From: Vicingaceae bacterium
GTDB lineage: Bacteria; Bacteroidota; Bacteroidia; Flavobacteriales_E; Vicingaceae
Length of the DNA stretch: 64,000 nt
NCBI GenBank assembly: GCA_028336925.1
Contig: JAOKVV010000003.1
Coordinates: forward strand, 21,818-85,817
Direction of reading: 5' to 3'
Below the pieces are notes generated by a model. That model worked only from the letters and a program-made list of their open reading frames with translations. It searched no databases and was not told the origin of the DNA. How positions within the stretch are numbered: position 1 is the first letter of the stretch; every line of letters starts with the position of its first letter. The position numbers and the translations under genes were made by a program. Shown one piece after another: positions 16,915-28,300 of the stretch.

Positions 16915-19878
16915 TTACACATTCTCCACCTGCAAATCATCTAACTTTTGAAGATACGTTACCTCTACCGTTACGTAACCAAACTCCTCCACTGTTTTTC
17001 CCTCTATCCAATAGCAGCCTTTTCCCCTGAATGGATACCGAGCCACTACAGGCGGAAAGTGAACGGTATCTATCCAATCACTATTGATATCTACAAAAGT
17101 CCCAAACTGCATGGTTTTTCGATTTGCTGTTCGCGTATTTTTAATGGTAACTAAATAGCCCACCATGCGTACTTTCTTACCAACTAACTCATTTAACTGA
17201 TTCACAAATGTGAGCCCTTCAGGCATTTTCTTCACCAATTCAAATGGAGAACATAGTGGAAAGCCTAAAATTAACCGCTGATCTAAAATCTCTAATAAGG
17301 GATTTTGATCCAATTTTGGCAATTTAAACTCTTTTACCGTTGGACCAAACAAATCTGCCTTAGGGTGTGATTTTTTGGCAGTTCCTAATAATTGGTGTAC
17401 TTCCCATAGCAAAGCTTGTCGGGTTTTACCCGAAAAACCAAACGCTCCTATGCGAATCAGAATCCGCAACTGCTCCACCGAAATACTCAGCCGATTCACA
17501 AAATCAGTCAAATCGAGATAATCGCCATTTTTATTGCGCTCTGCTACAATTCGAGTGGCTGCACGCTCCTCAAAATCGGTCATGTGAATAAACCCCATAT
17601 AAATATCCTTCTCTTGGTGAAGTGTCGTCAAATAATTACTCCTATTTACACAAGGCCCATGCACATGAGCGCCTTGTCGGCGAGCCTCTTGAAAGTATGC
17701 TTCTCGAGAATAAAATCCACCAAAATTATTAATCACGCCCACGATAAACTCATGCGGAAAGTGCGCTTTTAAATACAAACTCTGATAACTCTCCACCGCA
17801 TAAGAAGCGGAATGCCCTTTGGAAAATGCATAACCAGCAAAACTTTCAATCTGCAGCCACACTTCCTCATTGGTGGCATGCGGATAGCCCTTCGCTTTAC
17901 AATTGGCATAAAATTGATCTTTCACTTTTTGAAATTCCTCCCGCGATCGAAACTTTCCTGACATTCCTCTGCGTAGCATATCCGCTTCGCCCAAAGTCAG
18001 ACCAGCAAATTGGTGGGCAACTTTAATCACATCTTCTTGGTACACCATCACGCCAAAAGTCTCTTCCATTAGCTGCTCTAAAACTAGATGCGTCGGTTTT
18101 TCTCGTGGCATGTTATTAAACCGTAAAATGTATTCGCGCATCATGCCCGACTTGGCTACTCCAGGCCGAATAATAGAACTAGCCGCCACCAAACCCAAAT
18201 AGTGATCCACTTTTAATTTCCGAAGCAGCATTCGCATAGCCGGAGATTCTACATAAAAGCAACCCATGGTTTGTCCTTCTCGCAAAAGCGCTTTTACCTT
18301 TTCATCTTCTTTAAAGTGTTTTACATCATGAATATCTAAGCTCACACCATGCCTTTTTTCAATCATTTCTGCCGCATCCCGAATATGACCCAACCCACGC
18401 TGACTGAGTACATCAAATTTATACAACCCTGCATCTTCTGCTTCCAACATAGAATAATGGGTAATTGGAAAACCTTTGGGCGGCAATGAAGTAGCAGAAA
18501 AATACTGAATGGGGCGTTCTGCAATTAAAATTCCTCCTGCATGTACACTTAAGTGCGATGGAAATCCATGTAAATAAGCCGCATACCGATAAATTAACCG
18601 TTGAATATCGTCTAATTTGGTAGAAGTGGGTGGTTCTTCCGTAAACCGATCAATTTCACTTTTGGGCAAGCCAAACACTTTTCCCAACTCTCGAATAATG
18701 GCTCGCTGCTGAAAAGTAGAATACGTAGCTACCAAAGCCGTATGCTCGAGCCCATATTTTTCAAACAAATATCGCGTCACATCGTTCCGATCTTTCCAAG
18801 AAAAATCAATGTCAAAATCAGGTGGATTTTCCCGATAAGGATTAATGAATCGTTCGAAATACAAGTCCAATTCAATGGGATCTACATCCGTAATCAATAA
18901 ACAATACGCCACAATGCTATTGGCTCCACTACCACGCCCCACATAGAAATAACCCTTCTCTCTGGCATAGCGCAGCATATCCCAATTGATTAAAAAGTAG
19001 GTCGCAAATCGCTGTTCACAAATCACTTTCAATTCTTTTTCAATCCGATTATACACTTCTTCCGATGGTTCTGGGTAGCGTAATTTCAAATTGTCATAGC
19101 ACAGCATTCGCAATAAAGCAGCATCTGCCTCTTCTGATTTTCCATACAACCGCCTATTCTCGTGAATGGTGTTGCTTCTATTGGTCCCCTTATAATTAAA
19201 ATGAATGCTACATCTGTTAATTAATCGCTCTGTATTCTCGATGATTTGTGGAAAATGATCAAAAGCTTTTAATAACTCATTTTTTGGTATCATTATCTGC
19301 TCTAAAGTTCCTTCTTCGCCTTTCGGCAATTGGCTAAGCAGTTTATTTTTATCCATAGCACGCAACAAACGATGCGCATTAAAGTCTCTTTTATTCTGAA
19401 AAGTAGCTGTTTGCAAAACCACCATTCTATCCATTCGGTTCTTCCATTTAGAAAATGGCAATCGGGTTAGATCAGAAATACTAATCCCAACCCACTCATA
19501 ATCTGACAACTCCCACTCATAATCAACCACAAAAAACGGATAGACAATCTCCACCTGCTCCATTTTAGGTGGTCGGGTAGGTATTGGAGATTGTACATGA
19601 AGATGACTGCTCAACATTCGATTCAAGGCTAAAAAGCCCTCATTATTTTGGGCTATTCCAACAAACTGCTGATCTACTCCATTTCTAAAATCAATTCCGA
19701 CAATCGGTTTTATACCCGCTTTATTGGCTAGCCGAACCACATTTAAGCAGGCCGACGTATTATTTATATCCGTCACGACAACTTGCTCATAACCCAGGTC
19801 GAGAGAAAGCTGCACCAACTTTTCAGGCGAAAGTGTGCCATATTTAAAACTGTAGTAGGTTTGGTTGTTTAAAAGCAT
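16915..19878 (-). CDS. dnaE2: Error-prone DNA polymerase III alpha subunit (DnaE2-like)
   Basis: GRGSGANS, FERF, catalytic PDFDIDF, HAGG, KFDVL, GYAFSKGHS, C-terminal OB fold. Short (987 aa) and linked to dinB and an S24 repressor. Confidence 0.88.
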   Translation of the reverse strand: MLLNNQTYYSFKYGTLSPEKLVQLSLDLGYEQVVVTDINNTSACLNVVRLANKAGIKPIVGIDFRNGVDQQFVGIAQNNEGFLALNRMLSSHLHVQSPIPTRPPKMEQVEIVYPFFVVDYEWELSDYEWVGISISDLTRLPFSKWKNRMDRMVVLQTATFQNKRDFNAHRLLRAMDKNKLLSQLPKGEEGTLEQIMIPKNELLKAFDHFPQIIENTERLINRCSIHFNYKGTNRSNTIHENRRLYGKSEEADAALLRMLCYDNLKLRYPEPSEEVYNRIEKELKVICEQRFATYFLINWDMLRYAREKGYFYVGRGSGANSIVAYCLLITDVDPIELDLYFERFINPYRENPPDFDIDFSWKDRNDVTRYLFEKYGLEHTALVATYSTFQQRAIIRELGKVFGLPKSEIDRFTEEPPTSTKLDDIQRLIYRYAAYLHGFPSHLSVHAGGILIAERPIQYFSATSLPPKGFPITHYSMLEAEDAGLYKFDVLSQRGLGHIRDAAEMIEKRHGVSLDIHDVKHFKEDEKVKALLREGQTMGCFYVESPAMRMLLRKLKVDHYLGLVAASSIIRPGVAKSGMMREYILRFNNMPREKPTHLVLEQLMEETFGVMVYQEDVIKVAHQFAGLTLGEADMLRRGMSGKFRSREEFQKVKDQFYANCKAKGYPHATNEEVWLQIESFAGYAFSKGHSASYAVESYQSLYLKAHFPHEFIVGVINNFGGFYSREAYFQEARRQGAHVHGPCVNRSNYLTTLHQEKDIYMGFIHMTDFEERAATRIVAERNKNGDYLDLTDFVNRLSISVEQLRILIRIGAFGFSGKTRQALLWEVHQLLGTAKKSHPKADLFGPTVKEFKLPKLDQNPLLEILDQRLILGFPLCSPFELVKKMPEGLTFVNQLNELVGKKVRMVGYLVTIKNTRTANRKTMQFGTFVDINSDWIDTVHFPPVVARYPFRGKGCYWIEGKTVEEFGYVTVEVTYLQKLDDLQVENV

Positions 19879-19957
19879 TTGATATTCTATATGTATTGAT
19901 TCATTTTTGATTAAGTTTGTTTAGTTGTATATTATTTAGCACCAATTAATTCTTCTC

Positions 19958-20158
19958 ATGAAACTATTATTAGATATTAGCGACAATAAGGTCTCGTATT
20001 TCTTAGAAATGATAAAGAGCCTTCCTTTCATAAAAAAAGCAACGCCTATTACTGATGCAAAAGCAGAGTTAATGCAAAGTATTAGAGAGTCGGTTGATGA
20101 ATTACATCTAGTTAAATCAGGGCAATTGAAAGGTATTCCGGCAAAAGATTTATTTTAA
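19958..20158 (+). CDS. Small hypothetical protein, antitoxin-like; no cognate toxin adjacent
   Basis: 66 aa with clean ATG after an AT-rich leader. Pattern MKLLLDISDNK..FLEMIKSLPF...IRESVDEL..VKSG.LKG resembles small Bacteroidota proteins usually found upstream of RelE/HigB-like toxins (recognition from memory). Confidence 0.55.
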   Translation: MKLLLDISDNKVSYFLEMIKSLPFIKKATPITDAKAELMQSIRESVDELHLVKSGQLKGIPAKDLF

Positions 20159-20163
20159 ATAAC

Positions 20164-21354
20164 TCACCCTTTAAATCTTGGTACATCATACTGTTTAATT
20201 CCAAGTGCCACTGCTCTCGTTAGCGATCCATCTCCAAAGCGTTTTTTCATGCGATCTATTGCTTGATACAAATTAATTTGCTCCGAAGTGTCTGAAAATA
20301 AATTAATTTGACATCCTCCATTTACTAAATGACTAAATCGCACACCTACCAATCGCAACAAAACTCTCCGCTGATATAATTTCAAAAACAGCTCCTTTAC
20401 CACCTTTATCAGTTCATCATCATTTGCTGTATAAGGAATTGCTTTTTGTGTGGTTTGTGTATCAAAATCAGAATAACGAACTTTTACCGTTACGCAGGCT
20501 GTCAGTTTTTCCTTCGTTCGTAATTTATAGGCTAATTTTTCCGTCATCGCGATAAGTGTACTATTTAGCAAGGCCATATCGGTGGTATCAGTCATAAAGG
20601 TGCGCTCAGCAGAAATGGATTTTCGTTCCGAATACGGAATCACAGGCGTATGATCTATCCCTTGCGCTTTCATCCATATAGAATGACCACTTTTACCCAA
20701 CACATTCTCCAATAATTCTATTGGCATTTGCTGTAAAGTCAATACTCTTTCTACGCCCATATTGCGCAATAAATGATAAGTCTTAGCGCCTACTTGCGGA
20801 ATTTTATTGACGGTAAGTGGAGAAAGAAAGCCTTTTTCTAGTCCTCTATACACTTGCATTTGTCCATTGGGTTTGGATTCATTGGTCGCTATTTTCGACA
20901 CAGTTTTATTGCTGGAAAACCCAAAAGAAATAGGCAGCCCAGTTTCTCGAGTAATTCGCTGTCGTAATTCTGTAGCCAATTGATACGCTCCAAAAAACCG
21001 ATCCATCCCCGTTAAGTCAATATAAAACTCATCAATTGATGATTTTTCATACATCGGAACGGCCTCTGACACCACCTCTGTCACCATTTTTGAAAAATAG
21101 CTGTACCGCTCCGAGTCGCCTCCTAATATAATAGCATGCGGACATAACCGCCTGGCCATTTTCATTGGCATGGCCGAGTGAATTCCATACTTACGTGCTT
21201 CATAACTGCATGAAGCAACGACTCCCCGATTACTGTTTCCTCCGATTAATAGTGGTTTCCCTTTAAGCTCGCTATTTTGTAATACCTCTACCGATACAAA
21301 AAACGAATCCAAATCCATGTGCACAATATTTCTATCTACCTTTCCTTCGTGCAT
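20164..21354 (-). CDS. dinB: DNA polymerase IV (Y family)
   Basis: HMDLDSFFVSVE, SYEARKYG, SIDEFYID, SKIA.NESKPNG. ATG at 21354 preferred over the track start 21405, which lies in the promoter repeats. Confidence 0.95.
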   Translation of the reverse strand: MHEGKVDRNIVHMDLDSFFVSVEVLQNSELKGKPLLIGGNSNRGVVASCSYEARKYGIHSAMPMKMARRLCPHAIILGGDSERYSYFSKMVTEVVSEAVPMYEKSSIDEFYIDLTGMDRFFGAYQLATELRQRITRETGLPISFGFSSNKTVSKIATNESKPNGQMQVYRGLEKGFLSPLTVNKIPQVGAKTYHLLRNMGVERVLTLQQMPIELLENVLGKSGHSIWMKAQGIDHTPVIPYSERKSISAERTFMTDTTDMALLNSTLIAMTEKLAYKLRTKEKLTACVTVKVRYSDFDTQTTQKAIPYTANDDELIKVVKELFLKLYQRRVLLRLVGVRFSHLVNGGCQINLFSDTSEQINLYQAIDRMKKRFGDGSLTRAVALGIKQYDVPRFKG

Positions 21355-21363
21355 TTTGTTTGC

Positions 21364-21441
21364 TGATTTAATTATTTTTATTAATTTTGACAGTATTAAC
21401 GTCAATATTTCGTCAATAATTTAGTCAAAATAATTTAATCA
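21364..21441. promoter_or_regulatory. Divergent dinB/repressor promoter with repeated TTGAC/GTCAA and ATAATTTA(G/A)TCA elements; candidate operator array
   Basis: TTGAC 21387-21391; GTCAA at 21401, 21412 and 21424; ATAATTTAGTCA 21416-21427; ATAATTTAATCA 21430-21441; inverted TGATTTAATTAT 21364-21375. Confidence 0.5.
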
Positions 21442-21457
21442 CGCTTAATTTTATCCT

Positions 21458-22264
21458 ATGTATTTTGGTTCAAATATTAAATTACTCAGAAAGAGAAGAA
21501 AACGATCACAAGAAGATATTGCGCAATCTTTAGAAATCAAAAGATCATCACTAAGTGGCTATGAATTAGGAACATCAGAGCCAAACTTTGAAACATTACT
21601 AGCCTTTTCTGAGTACTTTAAAATCAGTACGGACAAGCTATTAAAACTCGATTTGAACCGTGTTTCAGAGATGTATATGAGCCAATTGGAGAAAGGATTT
21701 GACATTGATATTACTGGAAGTAAATTACGTGTGTTGGCAACTACAGTAAATAGCGAAAATGAAGAAAATATTGAACTTGTTCCGGTAAAAGCAAAAGCAG
21801 GATACACCACCGGATTCTCCGATCCAGACTTCATTAAAGTGCTGCCTACTTTTCAATTGCCTTTTTTAACTAAAAACAGAAAATATAGAACTTTTCAGAT
21901 TAGCGGAGATTCTATGCCTCCAGTTTCTGATAAATCTTGGGTTACAGGAGAGTTCGTTCAAAATTGGGAGCTGATTAAAAATGGCTATCCATACATTGTG
22001 GTAACACAAGATGATGGAGTGGTTTTTAAAGTGGTGTACAACCAGATGCACAAAAACCAGACATTATTGCTATGCTCTACTAACCCAGAATACAAACCTT
22101 ATGAAATCCATGTAAATGAAGTGGTTGAGATGTGGAAATTTGTGAATTATATCAGTTCAGAAATGCCAGAACCCAATCTCAGCAGAGATCATTTAGGTAA
22201 CAGTGTGATGGAATTACAAAAGGAATTAATTGAAATTAAAAACACCCTAAGAGAAAAGCAGTAA
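21458..22264 (+). CDS. XRE-type HTH plus S24 peptidase repressor (LexA-like SOS regulator)
   Basis: N-terminal HTH_3 (SQEDIAQSLEIKRSSLSGYE), Ala-Gly cleavage site (AKAG), catalytic Ser (GDSM) and Lys (VFK); divergent from dinB. Confidence 0.9.
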   Translation: MYFGSNIKLLRKRRKRSQEDIAQSLEIKRSSLSGYELGTSEPNFETLLAFSEYFKISTDKLLKLDLNRVSEMYMSQLEKGFDIDITGSKLRVLATTVNSENEENIELVPVKAKAGYTTGFSDPDFIKVLPTFQLPFLTKNRKYRTFQISGDSMPPVSDKSWVTGEFVQNWELIKNGYPYIVVTQDDGVVFKVVYNQMHKNQTLLLCSTNPEYKPYEIHVNEVVEMWKFVNYISSEMPEPNLSRDHLGNSVMELQKELIEIKNTLREKQ

Positions 22265-22361
22265 AAAATAGCTGTTAAAAATAATAATTCGGTAATTTAG
22301 AACCCTTAAGACAACTATTTTCAGGCTTAAAACGTCTAAAACACTTCTAAGCGAATAAATT

Positions 22362-25300
22362 ATGAAACAACTATTAACACTCTGCTTATCAATAATGATA
22401 AGCGTTACTGCATCTTTTGCACAGCACACACATCATCATTTAACGGGACCAACTAACTGTAGTTCATCTCCACTTCCAATGGATGTTTTGCAACCTGATG
22501 GAAAAACAGTGACTGTAGTCAGTAAAGGAAATATGAGTCATTATTGGACAGAAACAGAAGATGGCTATACCGTTGTGAGTGTAAATAATGCTCTAGAATA
22601 CGCCACAAAAGTTGGTAATGATCTTATCGGGACCGGCGTATTAGCACATAATGCACAAGATAGAATTCTAGGTGAAATAGCTTTAGTAAGCGCAATTTCG
22701 AAATCTTTACAACCTGCGGTTAGAAATTTAAAAAACACCCCTTTAAATTATACACCAAATGGTAGCAAAACATATCCAACAACAGGAAATATCCGCGTAT
22801 TAGCTCTACTAATCGACTATCCAGACTTACCTAGTCAATACACGGTTGCTGATCTTCAAAGTTTACTAACTAATCCGAACCACAGAAGCGGTGATGGGAG
22901 TTTCAAAAGCTTTTACACAGACGCATCATTTAATCAGTTGTCTATAACTGTAGATGTAATGGGGTGGTATAGAGCGCAAAATAATTACGCATATTATAGT
23001 GACAGTGCAGGTACTGCTCGAGCAGCTAAGTTAGTAAGAGAAGCGGTAGATGCAGCAGAAACTGCAGGAGCCAATTTTGCTAACTACGACAACGATAATG
23101 ATGGAGATGTAGATGGGATATTAGTAGTTCACTCAGGACCAGGAGCTGAAACAGGAATTCCAAATAGAAACAGACACATCTGGTCACACCGGTGGGTAAT
23201 GAGCGGTGGATCTAGTATTCCTGGTGGTGGATCGGTTACTTATGATGGAAAATTCATCAATGATTATATGATTAACCCTGAGACTAGAGGGACACTAACA
23301 AATCCAAGATTAGTAGGAATTGGCGTATTCTGCCATGAATTTGGTCATAACCTAGGTTTACCAGATTTATATGACACAGATGCAAGCAATGGCGACTCTG
23401 AAGGGGTTGGAAACTGGGCTGTAATGGCAGGTGGCACATGGTTAGGAGGAGAACACCGCCCAGGTGGTTTCTGTGCTTGGTCAAAAGAAGATCTTGGTTG
23501 GATTACACCCACAGCATTGACAACTAACTCAACAGGAACATACTCACTAAAGCCAGCAGGAAATAACCAAAATACAATTTTAAAAATAACTACATCAGAA
23601 CCAACGGAATATTTTCTGTTAGAAAATAGACAAAAAATTGGTCGCGATTTAGAGTTACCAGGACATGGGTTAGCAATTTGGCATATCAACACAACAAAAA
23701 CAAACTCTTTTGGAAACAGGGTGAATGGTGATGAAACACTTAAAGGCGTAGACCTTGAAGAAGCAGATGGTCTAGCAGACCTAGACAATGAAGTAAATAG
23801 GGGTGATGGAGGAGATGTATATCCCGGAACCACTAACAAAACAGACTTTAACAATACATCAAACCCAAACTCTCAATTATACAATAATTCAAATTCAGGG
23901 TTAATTGTAAGAAATATAACAGAACGCGGAGATTCTATTATTTTAACTTTAGGGGCAGCGGCAGCAACATGCTCAGGTCTAACGACTTTAACTACCCCAT
24001 CAGGATCTTTTGACGACGGAAGTGGAATGATGGCTAACTATGATGATAATCAAAATTGTACATGGTTAATTCAACCTACAGCAGCAACTTCAATTACACT
24101 GAATTTCAACAATTTTTCTACTGAAACCTCAAATGATGAAGTAAGAGTTTACGATGGAAACTCTTCATCAGCAACATTATTAGGTACTTTCAGCGGATTA
24201 AGTCAAACTATCCCTGCAATTACTTCTACAGGTGGTGCATTATTCATAGAATTTACCACAAACAACTCAATAACAGAAGCTGGATGGGATGTAAGTTATA
24301 CATCCGTAACACCTCCTACAGCAACTTGCTCAGGATTAACTACATTAACTGCTGCTTCGGGCACTTTTGAGGATGGAAGTTCTATTAACGATTACACCAA
24401 TAATCTTTCGTGTACTTGGCTAATTCAACCAACAGGAGCTAGCTCGATTACATTAAATTTTTCTGCATTCAGTACAGCAACAAATGATGTTGTAAATGTA
24501 TACGATGGGCCTTCAGTAGCGTCAACCCTAATTGGCACTTACAATGGCTTAAATCAATTTATCCCTACTATCAACTCTACAGGTGGTGCACTATTCATAG
24601 AATTCATAACAAATTCATCAGTTACAGAAGCCGGATGGGATGCAAATTACACCTCAACTAACCCTCCAATAGCTACCTGCTCAGGAACAACAACACTCAC
24701 ATCATCTACCGGAGTGTTTGATGATGGAAGTGCTACTGCAAATTATACCGATAACTTGTCTTGCCAATGGCTAATACAGCCCGCAGCAGCTACCTCTATA
24801 ACCTTAAGCTTTTCAGCATTTGATACAGAGACTACAAATGATGTTGTAAACATTTATGACGGAAGCGCGACATCAGCAACTTTATTAGGATCATTTAGCG
24901 GTAATTCTGTACCCAACTCCGTTACTTCTACAGGTGGAGCAATGCTAGTAGAGTTTTCAACTAATAGTTCTGTAACGAGTGGTGGATGGAACGCCAACTA
25001 CACATCTACAGCAACAAGCACACCTCCTACATGTTCGGGTTTAACTACACTAACAGCGACAACAGGCTTTTTTGATGATGGGAGCGGACCAAGTGCAAAC
25101 TATGGAGACAACTCAAATTGTTCTTGGTTGATTCAACCAACAGGAGCAACTAGCATTTCACTTACATTCCCACTCTTTTTTACTGAAGCAACGAATGATG
25201 TTGTAAATGTTTATGATGGGGCTTCAAATACTACCTCACTGATCGGCTCATACAGTGGCACTTCCGCACCTGCAACTATCATTTCTACAGGAGGGTCACT

Positions 25301-28300
25301 CTTCATCGAATTTATTACTAATGGTAGTATTGTAAATACCGGATGGGATGCCTTTTATTCTTCTACAGGTTCAACACCTACTTGTTCAGGGTTAACTACT
25401 CTTACCACTCCAACAGGTTCATTCAACGACGGAAGTGGATTAAGCAATTACACTAATAATTTAGCTTGCACTTGGCTAGTACAGCCAATAGGGGCAACAA
25501 ATATTAACGCAAATTTCACAACACTGCTAACGGAGTTAAATAATGATATAGTTAATATATATGATGGGACATCCAATACTGCGCCATTAATCGGTACATA
25601 TAGTGGATCAAGCCTGCCACCTTCTTTTACAGCGAATAGCGGAGCAATGTTTATTGAATTTATTACCAACGGTTCGGTGGTAAATCAAGGATGGAATATA
25701 AATTATAGTTCAATAATAGCGCCTCCTGTCTTATGCAGCGGAACAACAACATTAACAGCAAATACGGGTTCATTTTCAGATGGTAGTGGAAATTCCAACT
25801 ATTTAGACAATACTAACTGTTCTTGGCTAATTCAACCTACAAATGGACAGAATGTAGTATTAAATTTCACCAACTTCGATACAGAAAACAACTTTGATGT
25901 TGTTGAAATTTATGATGGGTTAAACACATCATCACCTTTATTGGCAAGTTATTCAGGTAATGGCATACCTGCCTCTGTTACTAGCTCGGGTCCAAACATG
26001 TTTGTTCGATTTTCTTCTGATTTCACAATAACGCGACAAGGATGGGATGCAAATTATGTTACAACGACATCATCAGGCTCAGGATGTTCAGGATTAACTA
26101 CATTAGTTGCTCCAACGGGAATCATAACTGATGGTAGTGGAACAGGAAATTATGGTAATAACTCTAATTGTAGTTGGTTAATACAGCCAGCAGGAGCAAT
26201 ATCAGTTACAGCTGCATTTAATGCGCTAAATACCCAAGTATTTACTGACCAAGTATTTTTATATGATGGATTAAACGCTACAGGTACTTTAATTGGTTCT
26301 TTCTCAGGATCGAATATCCCCTCAGGAACCTTTACAGCAAATTCAGGTAGTATGTTTATTCAGTTTACAACTGACAATTCAATTGTAGATCAGGGTTGGG
26401 AAATCTCCTACAATTCAACTGTTATTCCACCAACTCAATTTTGCAATGGTTTAACAACCCTAGTAAGCAATAATGGGTCTTTCTCTGATGGAAGTGGGGC
26501 AAATAACTACGTTGAAAATAGTAACTGTGAATGGCTAATTCAACCTGCAAACGGCCTACCGATAACTTTAAATTTTACATCGTTTGACACTGAACAAGGG
26601 TTTGATCAAGTAAATGTTTACGATGGATCATCTATCACTTCTACTCTAATTGGTTCGTTCTCAGGAAACACTTTACCCCCATCTGTAACAAGCAGTGGAG
26701 GTAATCTTCTTGTTGTATTCAGCTCAGACCCTTCTGTAAATGCAGCAGGATGGGATGCTAATTACACAACATCAACTAGCTCGGCATCGTGCAGCGGACT
26801 TACTACTTTAACAGCAGTTACAGGAACTGTGAGTGATGGAAGTGGTGCGGCAAATTATTCTGATAATTTAGCTTGCACATGGCTAATTCAGCCTTCTGGA
26901 GCCACAACTGTTACAGCTCTATTTTTGACGTTGAATACTGAAATTAATAATGATCAGGTAATTATCTATGATGGAAGTAGCAATACCAGCCCGGTAATTG
27001 GTTCCTATAGTGGAACAACGGCACCTTTAACACCTATAGTTGCTTCATCGGGGTCTATGTTTATTGAGTTCTTAACAAATGGGAGTATTGTAGACCAAGG
27101 TTGGGATATTATCTGGACAGCTACCACACCTCCGCCTGCAGGGCCTTGCAGTGGATTAACGAACCTAACTGCGAACAATGGGGCCTTCTCAGACGGAAGT
27201 GGCACCAATAATTATGCAAACAATAGTAATTGTGAATGGTTAATACAACCGGTAAATGGACAACCAATTACGTTAAACTTTACAGCATTTGATTTAGAAC
27301 AAGGCTTCGACCAAGTTAATGTTTATGATGGCACATCTGTTACCGCGCCATTGTTAGGAAGATTTTCAGGAAATACTATCCCTCCTAGTATAACAAGTAC
27401 TGCAGGAGACATGTTTGTTGTTTTCAATTCTGATGGCTTTATAAATGGTTTAGGATGGGATGCAAACTACATAACATCTTCTACAAGCCCTACAATTACG
27501 CTAAACCCTGACACAATGTTCCTTGCTTCAGGAGCGGGATCAAATGGAGTATTTAACATCAATGCGACTACGTCTTGGACAATTACTGATGATGCAACTT
27601 GGTTAATCACTGCAGCTATCAACGGATCAGGAGGCAGAACATCTAATGCATTAGCACTTACTGCAAATACAGGAGCAGATAGGATTGCAAAAGTTATCTG
27701 TCGTGGTCCATTAGGAATCTATGATTCAATGATAGTAGTACAGGCAGGAATAGCAGCACCTCAACTAAGCGTGTCACCAAAAAATATAACAATTGCTGCA
27801 CCAAATGGAAGTAATGGGAGTGTAACCATAACCGCAAATACATCCTGGAGTGCTAGCACATTAGCAAACTGGATGGCAATAACACCTTCATCAGGAAATG
27901 GGAATAGTTCAACTACAATTGAAGCAACAAGCACAAATAGTGGGGCTGCACGTAGCGGTCTTGTGATATTTGAAGACTTTACACGTTCAATTAGAGACAC
28001 CGTTTTTGTCACACAAGACGCAGCAGGTCCATTTATAGATTTGGATAACGGACCTATTAGCTTAGGATTTGCTAGTGGAAGTAATTCAACATTTAATTTA
28101 GCTTCGAATGTTAGTTGGACAATAACGAACAATGCTCCTTGGCTATCGATATCTCCAATTAGCGGAAGCAACAATGGTACACTTACGGCAACAACAATAT
28201 CAGATAATACAACAGGAGTAAATAGAAGCGTTTGGATATTTGCATCTGATGGGACCATATCTGATTCAATAGAGGTAATTCAACTCAATGGAACCAGTCC

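Noticed and set aside
16970-16979. GTTACGTAAC palindrome resembling the regulon half-sites
   Set aside because: Half-sites are in reverse order with no spacer and lie inside the dnaE2 coding sequence.
21355-21405. N-terminal extension of DinB in the ORF track
   Set aside because: Non-ATG start within the AT-rich promoter repeats; ATG at 21354 fits the family start.
23970-27476. Tandem repeats as CRISPR array or assembly duplication
   Set aside because: Units are ~350 bp, in frame, and diverged at synonymous sites; they are protein domain repeats.
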